Below, one piece after another: positions 24,031-37,731 of a stretch of 64,000 nucleotides of DNA. The stretch is from positions 73,630,969 through 73,694,968 of the forward strand of contig NC_057719.1 in assembly GCF_004010195.1 (NCBI RefSeq), given 5' to 3'. Position numbers and translations under genes: made by a program. How positions within the stretch are numbered: the stretch's first letter is position 1; every line of letters starts with the position of its first letter. Origin of the DNA: Chiloscyllium plagiosum (Eukaryota). The notes under the pieces are model-generated. The model did no database searches and was not told where the DNA came from. It was given only the letters and a program-made list of their open reading frames with translations.

Positions 24031-25688
24031 TTGTTCTCCTTATTCTCAAGCAAACAGTGCTTACAGTTAAGAAATACATCCAAACAGAATAAAGGTACAT
24101 TTGCAATAACTAACTGTTTTACAGTTCATTTCACACTGTACTGCATTTCAGGCAGATTTTTAAAATGTATAACATCACAAGGAAGCTTTGTGTTGTGCAG
24201 TTGTGATGTCCCTACCTCTGATTCAGAGGGATGGATTGAAGTCTCATCTTCTCTCAAGATGTGCACATATTGATTAAAATATCTATATTGTCTTGTCTCA
24301 CAATGGCAGTATCTCTATTTCTGGGCCTGAAAATCCAGATTTCAACAGTTCAAGTCCTGCCTGCCTGGAAGTATGCCATAGGTGCTGGCTGATTAAAAAT
24401 AATTACAATGATATATGGATGAATTCATGTATTTGTTAGAAAGGCTAAACTTTATGTTCTTCTCAGTTTCACAAGAGAATGTCTTCTCTCTGCCTTGCCA
24501 AGTTGCAACTTCCAATTTTTCGACATTCAGTCCACTAGTCAAAGTCTCTTGTATTTGACTTGGGTCAATAAGTCACATCTCAGTGATTCCCTTGTTCTTT
24601 GTATATCCAAATGTCCTAACTGTTCTAAACCCACCCTTCGAACAAAAGAAACCCTGATTCTTACTAACATCCTGTTTCCACACAACAGGATCTTCTTTAT
24701 GTCTCTCTTTTAGTTTGTATCTCCTAGAAGCTGCTGTCCCTCCACTGTGTCAAGGCATGAAAACTGTCACTTGTATTTCCAATAGGTTTTGGTTTGGGTT
24801 TCTTTCCCACAGCAGCCAAGAGCACATGGATCTGTCTCCAGGCAGAGATTTAATATAACTATCTTCTGCCCCATCTAGAGCTTTGTGTTTCAGGTTAAGT
24901 TAAAAGAGACAATTTAAGATACGGCCATCTTGTAAAGTCCCACATATATAACAAAATCAGTAGTGATATCATTGGTTTCCCAAACTATGCACCAGTTTGA
25001 TGAAGAGGATTAACAGACAACTAGCTCTTTGACCTCATCTAGTGCCTTATTGAACATCTGAAAATAGTATTTTGTCTTTCCACATTGGGAAGCATTCATT
25101 CTTTAAGTGGTATGGCTGTAATCCTACCAGTCATCTCTCTCTCTCTCTCTCTCTCTAGTGAAAGAGCAGCCTTTCGACCTCTCGGACTATAGCAAGATTC
25201 ATTTCATTTCATTGTGATCACAAATGCAGTGCGTGCAAAATCATTGACACAAATTAGCAGCAGCATTCTGTATTTTAAAAGAATGGCTTTATTGTACAGC
25301 CAGCGACTCCAAGTTTAGTCCATCAGTAAAATGTGTTTTATAACTTGAACTCCATGCATCATCCTCATTGTAAAATCACCACTCCTCTTTAGATGTTACC
25401 CACACACTCCATCACCAAAGTTAAGTTGCAGTTAGCAATAATTATGGTCAGTTTTACTAATTTGCTCCCATTTAGTTTCCTTCAACCATTCAGGAATGCA
25501 ACCGAATGAGAATATAAACGGGATTTGAAATATTTCCAGACAGGGTCAACATGAGCGTGATTTGAATTTGAAGCACTTGTCACTGCTGTTACTGCTAAGC
25601 AACACAAGCCTGGACACCCATTGATGGTTTTAGGTATAAATGTGTTCAAGACAGATATTGATTGATTGCTTGATTCATTGTTTCACAG

Positions 25689-25840
25689 ATGAACGTGAAG
25701 TGGTGCAGAAGAAGACCTTTACAAAATGGGTGAACTCCCACTTGGCACGCGTAACCTGCCGCATTACAGATCTGTACACTGACCTCCGAGATGGCCGTAT
25801 GTTGATTAAACTGCTGGAAATTCTCTCAGGAGAGCACTTG
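25689..25840 (+). CDS. sptb: Beta-spectrin exon (CH1 start: [51 protein letters not shown])
   Basis: cag|AT...TTG|gtatgt, 152 nt. DEREVVQKK is SPTB-type (SPTBN1 has DEREAVQKK). Confidence 0.97.
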
Positions 25841-26153
25841 GTATGTTGCACAATCTCTTGGAATTCATGGTTTGTAGTTTTCGCTGTCTTGTGCAGTGAT
25901 GGTTGAGTTCAACATCAGAATAATTAAGGTCAGAATATTCAGCGAGCATTTATGACTTTTTCACTGCTTTCCTAATCTTTCTGAAAAATGAAAGCGTTTC
26001 GGCCAGCATTTGATGAAGAGTTTTCACATACTGTGTGTGTAGAAACTCCTTTACTCAGAGAATTGTTAGGATTTGAAAAGCACTGTCTGGGAGTGTGGTG
26101 GAGGCAGATTCCCGACAAAGTTTCAGAAGACAGCTGAATATATATTTGAAAGT

Positions 26154-26339
26154 AAAAGAGAAAATGCTGGAAAATCTCAGCAGGTCTGGCAGCAGGTCTG
26201 GGAGCTCGCTTTGACAAAGGGGCAGTTAGACTCGAAACATCAGCTCTTTTCTCTCCTTACAGATGTTGCCAGACCTGCTGAGATTTGCCAGCATTTTCTC
26301 TTTTGGTTTCAGATTCCAGCATCCGCAGTAATTTGCTTT
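26154..26339. mobile_element. Palindromic PLE-derived element (family C) inserted in a CR1 3' fragment
   Basis: Inverted arms gaaaatgctggaaaatctcagcaggtctggcagca / tgttgccagacctgctgagatttgccagcattttc. 15-bp TSD tatatatttgaaagt at 26139-26153 and 26340-26354. Decayed hammerhead GCT-(T)TGAC(A)A...GAAACATC-AGC. Confidence 0.78.
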
Positions 26340-26850
26340 TATATATTTGAAAGTGTTGAGTTTAGAGGGTTACACAGATAGGGCTGGTGAATGGAACTAG
26401 CTGGGTCGCTCTTTTGGGAGCTGGTACAGATATGATGGGTCGATTGGCCTCTTTCTGTCGTGTAGAATTTTAATTGGTTCTATTCTACTTACTGCTACAT
26501 TGATATAAGGCTGCATTTGTGGCTAACGCCACTGTGAGGTGGAGCACTGTAACTGCACACACAAAATCAGTGTTCCTTTTAAATTTGTGTCCAGCAGCAA
26601 CTTACTGTATAGTTATTGTATTATAAATGTTGAAAACATCATCAAGACCAAAGAAGTGCAAGTAGATCTGGGAGAAACCCTTGGGAGTAGTCTTCAAAGT
26701 ATTGACTGTTTTGAATTTTGCACAGATCATTTTCACTTTGTTTTGATAGACCATCTGGACTTTACAGAATTTGCCTCACTCTGATCTCCATTCAGAGCTT
26801 GTCCATTTTGCCCTGCTATTTTTATTTGTGCTGAAATCAGACTGACCCCG

Positions 26851-27375
26851 GGACAAGCACACCAAACAACCCCACCGCCCTGTGGCCAACCACTTTAACG
26901 CCCTCTCCCACTCCGCCAAGGACATGCAAGTCCTGGGCCTCCTCCACCGCCAAATCCAAGCCACCTGACACCTGGAGGAAAACCTCCTCATCTTTGGCCA
27001 TGGCACCCTCCAACCACACGGCATCACTGTTGATTTTGTCAGTTTCTTCATCTCCCCTCCCCTCGCCTTATCCCAGATCCTACCCTCCAATTTGGCATCG
27101 CCCTCTTGAACTGTCCTACTTGTCCATCTTCCTTCCCAACTATCCGCTCCACTCTCCTCTCCGACCTATTACTATCACCATCATCCCCCCACCTTCATTT
27201 ACCTATTGCTTTCCAATCTCCCCGCCCCCAGCCCCACCTCTCTCCTATTTATATCTCCACTCCCTTACCCCCCCTACCCAATTTCCTGATGAAGGGCTTA
27301 TGCCTGAAATGTCGACTCTCCTGCTTCTTGGATGCTGCCTGACCTGCTGTGCATTTCCAGCACCACACTTTTTGG
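26851..27375 (+). mobile_element. Penelope-like (Neptune-type) 3' fragment: GIY-YIG C-terminus, pyrimidine-rich UTR and hammerhead core at 27286-27313
   Basis: Frame reads RPVANHFNALSHSAKDMQVLGLLH...LEENLLIFGHGTLQPHGITVDF, followed by CTGATGAAGGGCTTATGCCTGAAATGTC and the family-A tail. Confidence 0.82.
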
Positions 27376-28930
27376 CTCTACTTCATAGTCCATCGCCTTC
27401 TGTTTAACAGCCAATCTGTTAAATTGTTTTTGAGGGCACAATCATAATTCACATTTTTCTTTCTCTTAATGCCAATCAGTGTCCTCTAATGGAAAAACTT
27501 GGCTTGGATACTTGAGGGAGACTGTGAGTGTGTAGAGGTGCAACATTATAAATTTGGCAAGGATAGCCATGCAAAGTTCCTGCTGAGGTTTAATTACATT
27601 TTTCTTGCACTTTCCCGAAGCAGCTGGCCAAGCTGACAGCCTGACCGGCTAACATGTGGTAAAGCAAGCCTTAGGAGGGGTGGGGGTGAGCAGGATTACA
27701 GAATTGGAGAAAAGGGAGCTGACCATTTTCAGTACATTACAGATCACAGTTGTGAATGTTGTGTTAATTGTACTGCTAAGGTTAAGGATGAATGGTTGGA
27801 GGGGATCAAATGGTTAAGTAACTTGGGTACATAGTCCCCTCACTGCTGGGATCTAGTTAGGTAGGAGGCAGAGATAAATAAAGCTGCATTCTATGAATAA
27901 GCTTAGTGTCAAGAAAAGGATTTATGTCTGGTGTCATACTTCACCATCTGGCTTGAATCTGATTAACAGCAATCAATGGGGAAAGCCAAAGGCCTCTTCA
28001 ATTGTGGGGAAAGCAATCCTGTTTCCTCCCAACCAACTCCCTTTCAAGACTAGGCTTCCTCAGGCTTGGAAACCCAACCAGCAACTGTCAAATTCAACTC
28101 CGGCTCCTTGTCGCAGTCTGACTGAAAAATGTTTGTGACTTTTCTGTACTAAGATCCCTGCATGCCTGAAACCCACCGTAATTAAAATTTTCACAAGCAT
28201 ACAGGTCGTTCTGCTATAACATGCATTTCGTTAATACAAATTTGCTAGAACACGATTGACGAATTGTGTCTATTGGTTACAATGCGATTCCGGCCCCATT
28301 AGTTTAAATGATACTGCTATCACACGATTTTCTTATAACATGGGATTGCATGTGAAAGGAATTACCACATTATAGCAGTATAGGCAGTGGCTTGAGAAGT
28401 GATAATCAGTTTTTAAAAATTTTTCACTACTTGGCCCTTTTCCCTCCATTGGAGCAAGGTGAGGGAGGTTAATATTGAGACCGTTTTATTCATCTGGGTA
28501 TCTTGTATCAACCTTAAATATCCCCGTTCGGATACAGTGTGGATTGTTTTGGTGAATTATTCCTCCACTCCCACAGTTCACCTACAATCCCAACTTTTTA
28601 AGAACATCCAGTATGAATTTTTAAGTTTTCTCATACCAGTGATTGTTTGCAAAATGAGTTTGCCACTGTAGTGCTCAATTATTGTCAATTATGTGCTATT
28701 TAATGGACTTGCATCAAGATTAGGATTGAGAAGATTTGAGCATGGTTCATTAAGGCCCAGGAGGGAAAGTGGAAGCCTACTTTCTGGAGGTAAAAGAAAC
28801 AGCATGTGTTATAAATGTATTAATTGCTTATGTTTTATTAACTGCCATTACTTGCATTGCATTCTGTGATTATTTTATTGTGCATTTTCCTTTTTAACTA
28901 AAGCCATTATGTTATTACCTTTGTAATTAG

Positions 28931-29104
28931 CCAAAGCCAACCAAAGGTCGGATGCGCATACATTGTTTGGAAAATGTGGACAAGGCTCTTCAGTTTCTGA
29001 AAGAACAGAAAGTGCACCTGGAAAATATGGGGTCACATGACATTGTTGATGGGAGCCACAGGCTTACACTTGGTCTCATCTGGACCATCATCCTTCGTTT
29101 CCAG
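28931..29104 (+). CDS. sptb: Beta-spectrin exon (CH1: [26 protein letters not shown]...[10 protein letters not shown])
   Basis: tag|CCA...CAG|gttagt, 174 nt, phase 0/0. Confidence 0.97.
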
Positions 29105-30132
29105 GTTAGTAACAATACAGAGGATACACATAGGTGTAGAGTCAAGGTGTTAATAAGTGACCTGTAAACAACGGTGTAATACATCAAGTGATGTTGGGGA
29201 AGCTTGGAAAATAGTCTGGGCTTCACGCCAAGTCTAAGTGAAGTAGTGAATAGAATGTGAAGAAACATTTAATTTGAAAAAGACTCAAGAAATTTCTCTT
29301 GAATAACGTGGTGCACCCTGCCTGGCCAACATTATAGCAGCAGAACAGGTATCTGCGTTTGCACATAAGGGTTCCCAATTCTTCAGCATTTGCTGAGAGA
29401 TGCTGTCAGTATTCCTGATTTATTTTCTGGGTTCTGGTTATTTGCAACTTGATTAAAAGCTTGCTGTAAGTCCAGGTACGGAGCAAGTCCAAGTGAGGTT
29501 CCCAGTTCAGAGTAATCACTTGGAATGCAAGGACAGAAATGGCACCTTTTAAAACTGGCAATAACTAGGAGCCTGTGCAGGATATTTGGTAATCCTGTCA
29601 GGGTGGATAACAACAGAATATAGAATTACCACTAGTTACAGTAAGATATCAGCACTTTCTTTTTCTCATGAGACCCATTATACTGTACGCTACCAGCAAG
29701 TTATAATGTCTACAAAAGGAATTTGAAAGCTGCCAGTGTTAGTACTGGGCTATGAGGGCAGTTGAGAGGAGTTACACATTAGTTGCTAAACCAATCAAAG
29801 TTCCTCCCATCTTTGGCTCCTGCTTTATATATTGTTCCTTCATCTGTGTCTTTCATTCATCCTATTCTCTGTTTCCCTCTCGTCCTGCCCGGTGCTCCCC
29901 CTTTCTCTCATTTATTCCCCAGTTTTCAACACTTAAGTCATTAACTCTTCAGACAACTTCAGCTGCAGCTTGTAGAGCTGCAGAAATTGTCTTGTTTATT
30001 CAGATTTCCTGAACTTGAAGCGTGGATTCGTGTTTAGCTTGTCCTTTTCTGTTGTTACCAGGGCTTTTTAGAAGATTTACTTCAAATGCCTACTTGGCCT
30101 ACTAAAGTGCATCCACCAATCTGTTCTTTCAG

Positions 30133-30224
30133 ATCCAGGATATCACCGTAGAGACACATGACAACCGTGAAACACGATCAGCAAAGGACGCCCTCCTACT
30201 TTGGTGCCAGATGAAAACAGCAGG
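30133..30224 (+). CDS. sptb: Beta-spectrin exon ([31 protein letters not shown])
   Basis: cag|ATC...GG|gtcagt, 92 nt. CH1-CH2 linker. Confidence 0.96.
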
Positions 30225-30397
30225 GTCAGTTAGTCTAACCTTTCCGTTCTCTTTTTTGCCTAACCCTTTAACCAGTCAGTGTAAGCAACTGTTTGAAAAG
30301 ACATGCTCTGATTTTTTTTTTGTTTGTCAGAACTGTAAAGCAGTTACTTTGAAAGTAAAAGTATTTTTGCTTAAGCATTCTTTTTCGAATTCCCTAG

Positions 30398-30478
30398 GTA
30401 TCCCAATGTCAACATAAGAAACTTCACGTCAAGCTGGAAGGATGGAATGGCATTTAATGCCCTCATCCACAAACACAG
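30398..30478 (+). CDS. sptb: Beta-spectrin exon (CH2: [27 protein letters not shown])
   Basis: tag|G TAT...CAC AG|gtaaag, 81 nt. Not in the ORF track. Confidence 0.96.
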
Positions 30479-31399
30479 GTAAAGTGAGGCAGAGGCCAAA
30501 CTAGCAGGGTGGGGGAATCTGAGTGCAGTGGAGCACGCTAGGCACTGGCTTTAGAAACCGCTGCATGAAAATATTAGCAGAACTCAAGGCAGGCCAGTCA
30601 CAGGGAAGCAGAAGAAGTGGGAGGGGCCACAGCAGAGGTATTGACCACAACTGGCAGTATTTAATAAAAGTGTTAGGGTTCTCAGCAGCTTATTGGAGAG
30701 CTAGGAAAAGACCCACATTGCTCTATTTAGGGAAGGCCTGCTGAATTAACAGGACAAGGATTATAAACATGGAGGGTTTGCTCACTAGTGGTTGTAGTCG
30801 GTCATTTAGAGACTGGAGCTCTATTGCATGGCAGTGCCATTCAGTGACTTAAAGCAGGCACTAGCTCCCCTTCCCAATACTGGTCTCTTGATCAGTTATT
30901 GAGTGCTTCTGAACAAAGGACCCCTCCTGGAAGCCTGCAAGCATCTGCTCTGACAGGATTTGCTTGTCTTGCTCGTGGCCTGGCAAGCCCTTTGCTTGGT
31001 AATGGGTGAAGACTAGTGGCCCATTTACTTTTCCTTTGAAGGCTTCAGGTAGCAGTTGTGTGGGCACAAACCTTCCTGGCATGGACCGAATTGTGGTGGT
31101 GTTGGTAAAGTAGTGGCGTAGTCAACCATCCCCCTCTTGGCTGATTAAGTGGCCACCTACCACAACATTCATCAAAAGGGGGAACATTAAACTCTGCCCA
31201 ATTTTTCCAATATCCTCAGATTGTAAATTGTTTCAGGAGAAGGGGCATTTAGCCAATGTTAAGCATTGGTTACAGAACAGAGTAAAGAATAAACTTGTAG
31301 CATTTGGGAGTCCAGAATTCAAAACCAAATACCAGTGCTTCAAGATGTTTGGGAGAGTCAAGGACAACTTGCATAGATTCAAAAAGGACAAGTTCAAAG

Positions 31400-33262
31400 T
31401 AACAACATCGAACAGTGCTAAATGGATCAGATTCCAAACCAATCTAGTAACACGAGACTGGGCATCCATGAGGTGTGGTGAGCCATCAACAGCAACAGCA
31501 TTATCCTCCAGCTCAATCTGCAACCTCATAGCTCAGCATATCCCCATCTCAATCATTATCATCAAGCCAGGGGGTCAGCCCTAATTCAGTGGAGAGTGCA
31601 CTGGGGCATGCCAGGAGCAGCACCTGGCAAAGCTAAAAATAAGGTGTCAATGTGGTGAAGCTACCAAGCAGGATTACTTGCATGCCAAACAGTGTAAGCA
31701 GCAAGTGATCTAAGCTTTGCAGTCCCACTACATCCAGTCATGAGTAATGGTGGCAATCAACTGGAGGAGGAGGCTCCACAACTATCCCCATCCTCAATGA
31801 TGGAACAGCCCACTAAATCTGTGCAAAAGGTAAGTCTGAAGTACTTGTAGCAATCTTCATCCAGAAATGACGAGTGGATGAACCATCTGGGCTTATCCTG
31901 TGGTCATCAGCATTACTGATATCAGTCTTCAGCTAGTCCGATTCACTCCAAGTGATACCAAAAAATTGTTGAAGACACTGGATACTGCAAAGGCTATGTC
32001 CCCTGACGATATTCCAGAACTTGCTGCTCCCCTAGCCAAGCTCTTCCAGCGCAGTCACAAAACTGGCATCTACCCATCAATGTGGAAAATTGCCCAGATA
32101 TGTCTTGTACACAAAAAGCCGGACAAATCCAACTCGGCCAATTAGTGCCCCATCGGTTTCACCACAATCATCAAAGTGATGCAAGGTGTCATTAACAGAG
32201 CTATCAAGCAGTACAAGTTTAGCAATAACCTGCTCAGTGTCACCCAGTTGGATTCCACAAGAACCAATTAGCTACAGACTTCATTACAGCCTCATCTCAC
32301 CTTTAGGGCATCTCTGCAGGAGTTCTTCATGGTGCTATCTTAGGCCCAACTATCGTCAGTTGCATCATAAATGACATTCCTTCCTACATAAGGTCAGAAG
32401 TGGGGATGTTCGCTGATGATTGCACAATGTTCAGCACCATTTGCGACTGCTCAGATACTAAAGCAGTCCGTATTCAAATGCAACAAGATCTGGACAATTT
32501 CCAGGCCTGGGCTGACAAATGATAAGTAGCATCCACACCACGTAAATACCAGACAATGACCATCTCCAATAAGAAACAATACAACCATGTCTCCTTGACA
32601 TTCAGTGGTGTTATCCCTAACTGAATTATCCTTGTGGTTACCATTGACCGGAAGCTCTACTGGACTAGCCACATAAATACAGTGGCTACAAGAGCAGGTC
32701 AGATGCTAGGAATACTGCAGTGAGCAACTCATGTCCTGACTCCCCAGAGCCTATCTATCATCTACAAGGAATGATGGAATATCTATGATGGAATACTGCC
32801 CACTTGATTAGGCGAGTACAACTCTAACAACATTCAAGAAGCTTGACACCATCCAGGACCAAGCAGCCCACTTGATTGGCACTACATCTATAAGCATCCA
32901 CTCCCTCTACCACTGATGCTCAGTAGCAGCAGTATGTTCTATCTACACTATGCACTGCAGAAATTCACCATTGATCCTTAGCACATTCCAAACCATGACC
33001 ACTTCCATCTAGATGGACAAGGGCAGCAGATACATGGAAATACCCCCTTCTGCAAGTTCCACTCCAAGCCACTTACCATCCTGACTTGGAAATATATTGC
33101 CATTCCTTCACTGTCACTGGGTTGAAATTCTGGAATTCCCTTTCTAAGGGCATCATCAGTAAACCTGTATTACGTGGTCTGCAACAGTTCAGGAAGGGCA
33201 GCTAGAAATGGGCAATAAATGCTGGCCAGCTAGCAATGCCCATGCCTCATGAATGAATAAAA
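31400..33262 (+). mobile_element. CR1/L2-superfamily LINE (second family), degenerate ORF2 and 3' tail
   Basis: LDTAKAMSPD..PELAAPLAKLFQ, MFADDCTMF and tail gggcaataaatgctggcc...atgaatgaataaaa. Related fragments at about 4680-5290(-), 8420-8735(+) and 57395-58510(-). Confidence 0.85.
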
Positions 33263-33264
33263 GA

Positions 33265-33815
33265 AGCACAGCACAGAAACAGGCCTTTCAGCACACCATG
33301 TCTGTGCCAACTGTGATGGTTCTAAACTAATCACATCTGCCTACACATGGTCTGTACCTCTCTATTCCCTGCCTGTCTAAATGCCTCATAAACTTTACTA
33401 ATATATTTGCTTTTACCATGTCCTTTGATAGCATATTCCAGGCACTTCCCAACTTTTTCTCACATATCTCCCTTAACTTTTTCCCCTCGCACGTTAAACC
33501 TATGCTCTCTAGTATTTGACATTTCTACCCTGGGAAATAGACTCTGACTAGGCACCCTATCCATGCTTCTTATACTTTTACATACTTATATCAGATCAGC
33601 CCCCAGCTTCTGTCAACCTAGTGAAAAAGGTCCAAGATTATCCAAGTTCTCTTTGTAGTTAATATGCTCCAATCCAGGCACCATCCTGGTAAACCTCCTT
33701 TTCACCTTCTTCAAAGACTCCACATCCTTCCTATTACGTACAACCAGAAATTGAACACAATACTCCAAAAGTGGCCTAAATAAATTCTTATACAGCTGCA
33801 ACCTGACTTGTCAAA
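33265..33815 (-). mobile_element. CR1/HER1 LINE 3' fragment
   Basis: Minus ORF LYKNLFRPLLEYCVQF..KVKRRFTRMVPGL. Confidence 0.85.
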
Positions 33816-34948
33816 CCAAAAATCTTTTACAATAAAGATACTATGCTTGGATAAAGAAGGTGAAGTAAATGTGATGGTATTGGTATTGTGTTGCCATAGT
33901 TTTAGCGGACTTTAGGGCTAAAGAGAGAGAGAGAGAGAGAGAGAGATGACTGGTGTCGATTTAACCTGAGGGTCACTATACCTCAAGAGACGTTGAGAGG
34001 AGAGTCCTTAATGGTAACCTCAGCCAGTGCAGCAATTGAACCCAGACTGTCACACAGTAAACATAATATAATGAACATTAAAGTAATATGCATGAATTTT
34101 TCAGAGGATGTTCTGTAACAAATCTCATGGTAAACCTGTTGTAAATCTGCTGAAACAGACTAAATAGTTACCCCTGATCACCAAGTTGCAGAATTTAAAA
34201 TACCTCTTTTAGTCATCTTTGCTCCAGAAGAGGTAAACCTAGTATCTCAAATCTCCTCATAAATAGTTTCTGCCTGGTGACTCCATCTTTTAACTCCCAT
34301 ATTGTTTTTTTTCTCTCCATATAATTGTTTAGCTGAGGTCTAGCCAGTGCCTGGTACATATTTATCATAATCTCTTTATTCATGTAACACTGTCTGTTTG
34401 TCAAACCAAAAGTACTATTGCTCTTTCTTTATATATCTTTATCTACTGGCCCTGAATAATTTTGTTTTGCTAAAGTGCCATTGGAAATGTGCTGCAAAGC
34501 TTGATGATCATGGCTGGGGTGAAGCATCTACTAATTTGTGAAATCCTTGTGCTGAATTTTTATTTATTTCTTTTGTGGACTAAACCAAACAGTTCCTATT
34601 TCACACTTGAATGTTTTCTAATTCTGCCTATTTTCATGTAGTTTTCGATCAGCCTGGGTACATAAATCCATTTACAATTGGGTACTTCTATTAATGACTA
34701 TTTGTAATAGTGCACACGATTGTCATTTTATTTGAATGAGCTTTTTTGATAATACCTGGTAAAGAAGGCTGCCATTGAACATATTTCGGTTTGTAATGTT
34801 AGGTGAGAATACCTATTCTGGCAAAAAAAATCTGAATTCTAAAATTACGTTTTATTTTAACATATAGTTTGAGCATTCAGGACGCTATTCAACATGGAGA
34901 AGTGTATGGTGAATTAGACGTATTTAAAATATGCCTGTTTTTCTTCAG

Positions 34949-35064
34949 GCCTGATCTGGTTGATTTTAATAAATTGAAGCAGTCTAATGCCACGTACAAC
35001 TTACAACAGGCCTTTAACATTGCCGAACAACAGCTAGGTGTAACCAAGTTGCTTGATCCTGAGG
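34949..35064 (+). CDS. sptb: Beta-spectrin exon (CH2: PDLVDFNKLKQSNATYNLQQAFNIAEQQLGVTKLLDPE)
   Basis: cag|G CCT...GAG G|gtaagt, 116 nt. Confidence 0.96.
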
Positions 35065-36017
35065 GTAAGTTACAGCAAGAAGTTTTTACATCTTCGGAGG
35101 GTTGGTGTAGACTTGTTGTGCTGAAGGGCGTGTTTCCATACTCTAAGGAATCTAATCTAATTACATATGTACATATGTAAAGTATTTAAAGTGTATTTAG
35201 TTATGTGTTTCTCTAAATAGAAGGATAATGATCCAGTCCAGTGTTCCCAACATTAAGTATACACAGAAAGGGAGTTCTGTGTAGCTGTCCAATTCTCTGA
35301 CCCCCATTCTCTTTCATGCACCATCACAGATAAGAGTGAGTGAATGGCCTCCTTCTACATTTGTGTCATTCAAATTTTGTATTAGCTTTGAATTTGGATG
35401 ACTGTAAAATTGACCAACGTTCCCACTGTGCGTCATTTACCATAATGTGTATACCCAACCATTTTGTCTGACACTCATGACAACGTTTGATTGTTAAAGA
35501 TGGAACCTTATAGTCTTCAATCACATGATGATTTCCTTCTTTAGCTGAGAGGCAATTCTTACTAATTCGATCCCAAGTCTAAAGTATGAAATTAAACATT
35601 AATACTTATCTTGATGATGTTTATTTACAGAAAGCGGTGCTTTACATGTCTGCTTTCTAACTACCAACCCTGTGTCTCAGCAGTCTCTCTTTGTACATAC
35701 TCTAGGTATTTTATTAAACCCTTCACTTATGAATGTTAATATGATTAACACATCAAAACAGATTCATAAGTTGTCATTCGGATTGACCTCCTTTTGCCAC
35801 CAACCATTAAAACAAAAAGATTTATTTAATATATTTCATGCTGTAGTCTTTGTCTCTGAATATTGTTCAACCAGTTCAGATTAAATGTTTTTAAAAATGG
35901 CTTAGTGCAGATTGTGCCAGATGTGATGATCAAAGTGAATGTTTTCCTTTTCTGCATAAAGCATGATGCCTGATCAAGAAATAATTGGTGTTTATTCTCA
36001 TGTACTCTATTTCACAG

Positions 36018-36130
36018 ATGTTTATACGGAGAATCCAGATGAGAAGTCAATCATTACCTACGTGGTAGCATTTTACCATTACTTCTCTAAGATGAAAGCA
36101 TTGGCAGTGGAGGGGAAAAGAATTGGAAAG
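36018..36130 (+). CDS. sptb: Beta-spectrin exon (CH2 end: [38 protein letters not shown])
   Basis: cag|AT...AAG|gtttgt, 113 nt. The [12 protein letters not shown] motif is SPTB-like. Confidence 0.96.
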
Positions 36131-37250
36131 GTTTGTGTGAAATAGAATTATTTGTAGAAATAATCATTAAATCCATTTACACTAATCAACGTCACTGCAA
36201 ATGTGGGTGAGAAGATTGAACCCACCCTTGTGAGTTGCCATTTCTGCTTTAAAAGGGATAACCGAAATTATTTCATTTACATAGAGCATCTAGAGGGACT
36301 GGAATTGTACGATGTAAAGCAGAGTTTATGGAGAAATTTTGTGGAGGTGAACAAAATTATGAAGGTCATGTTTAGAGACCTGTTTCACTAGCAGATGAAT
36401 TAGTAACCAGAGGGCATGGATTTAATATAATTGATTAAAAATCAGTGGAAAGATGAGTTTGTTTTTGAATTCTGGTGATCTGGAATGTACTGCCTTAAAA
36501 TGGAATAGATTCAACAGGAACATTCGATAGAGAATCAGATATATATTTGTAAATGCAATATTTGCAGGGAAGTGGGGAAAGAGCAGAAGTGTGTGATCAG
36601 GGGAATAAATGTTTCAAACAGTTGACACATGCACAGTTGGCAAAATGAGCTCATGTGCTGTCATATTCCCGGAGTCATTTTATGTTAAGATAACACACAA
36701 GTTTTAAGATTAGTTGTAATAGATAATAATCAGTTTTTGTCCTCACAATTATGTGAATAATTGTAAATAAGTAAGATTTGTAAAGTTCTAAGCCTGAACT
36801 CAATCACAAACTCTGGTTGTGTTCACTAGAATTTGAAAGGCTAAGGGTGATTTAATCAAAGCTTTCAAGATATTAAGGGAAACAGAGTGATGGAGGTGAT
36901 TGTTCTTATTTGTGCTGATTGAGGAATATGGAATATTGCACGTAGTCTAAAAATTAGAGCTATACCTATTGAGAGGGAAATGTGAAAACTTTTCCATATA
37001 GCAGCATGGTAGAAGTTTATAACACTCTTCTGCAAACAGTAATTGATGCTAGATCAATTGTTAACTTTAAATCTTAAATTGGTAGGTTTTGGTTATCCAA
37101 AGATACTAAAGGATTTAGACAAAGATAAGTATGTGGAGTTCGATCATAGATCAGCAACGATCTCATCCAAGGGCAGAATTAGCTTGGAGGACTAAATGGC
37201 CTAGTCAATGTTTAACAACTGCACTCCAAATCCCTCTGTTCCACCAAGTA

Positions 37251-37306
37251 ATTACTCCTGTAAGGTGAAAGCAACAGCCGTGGAGGGGGAAAAGATTGGA
37301 AAGGTT
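37251..37306 (+). pseudogene. Decayed intronic copy of the 3' part of exon 36018-36130, including its GT donor
   Basis: 37253-37303 matches 36080-36130 at 41 of 51 nt ungapped. YSCKVKATAVEGEKIGK|gtt versus [17 protein letters not shown]|gtt. Confidence 0.8.
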
Positions 37307-37731
37307 CAAATCATTTGAAAGAATACGTATCGTTGCAATACTGTGGAAATTTTGAAATTGTTATTTTCTTCTCCAAACCACCTCCATTCCCCCCCAAAAT
37401 TTGAACAATACCAGTGAAGCTTATATATAGTTGACACAGCCTCTTTCACTTCTGGTTAACCCAGGGTTATTAGGACAATGCAACCAACTTATTGTCGGCT
37501 CAAGGCTTGTGAAGTCTGTAATTTATTTTTCTGTGTACTGTTGCTCACTTTTATTTACCTTGTATCTCAATCGTGGAAAATTTGTCATTTTCCATGATTA
37601 AGAAAGTGTAGGACAAATCAGCATCCAACAGTCAGCAATATCTTTGTCTATCTGATTAAATTGGAAGAATTCCAGTCTTTCAATGTTATGAGAGCTCAAC
37701 ATGTCCTACAGTGTGCTATATATTTGTGCAG

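Noticed and set aside
25133..25157. (CT)n/(GA)n microsatellites (also about 2956-2980 and 33923-33946) and poly-G at 21469-21482
   Set aside because: Ordinary simple repeats.
1..25688. Canonical beta-spectrin first coding exon (..DNDNSSARLFERSRIKALA)
   Set aside because: Not found by eye upstream of the 25689 exon. It probably lies 5' of the window, but I cannot confirm this.
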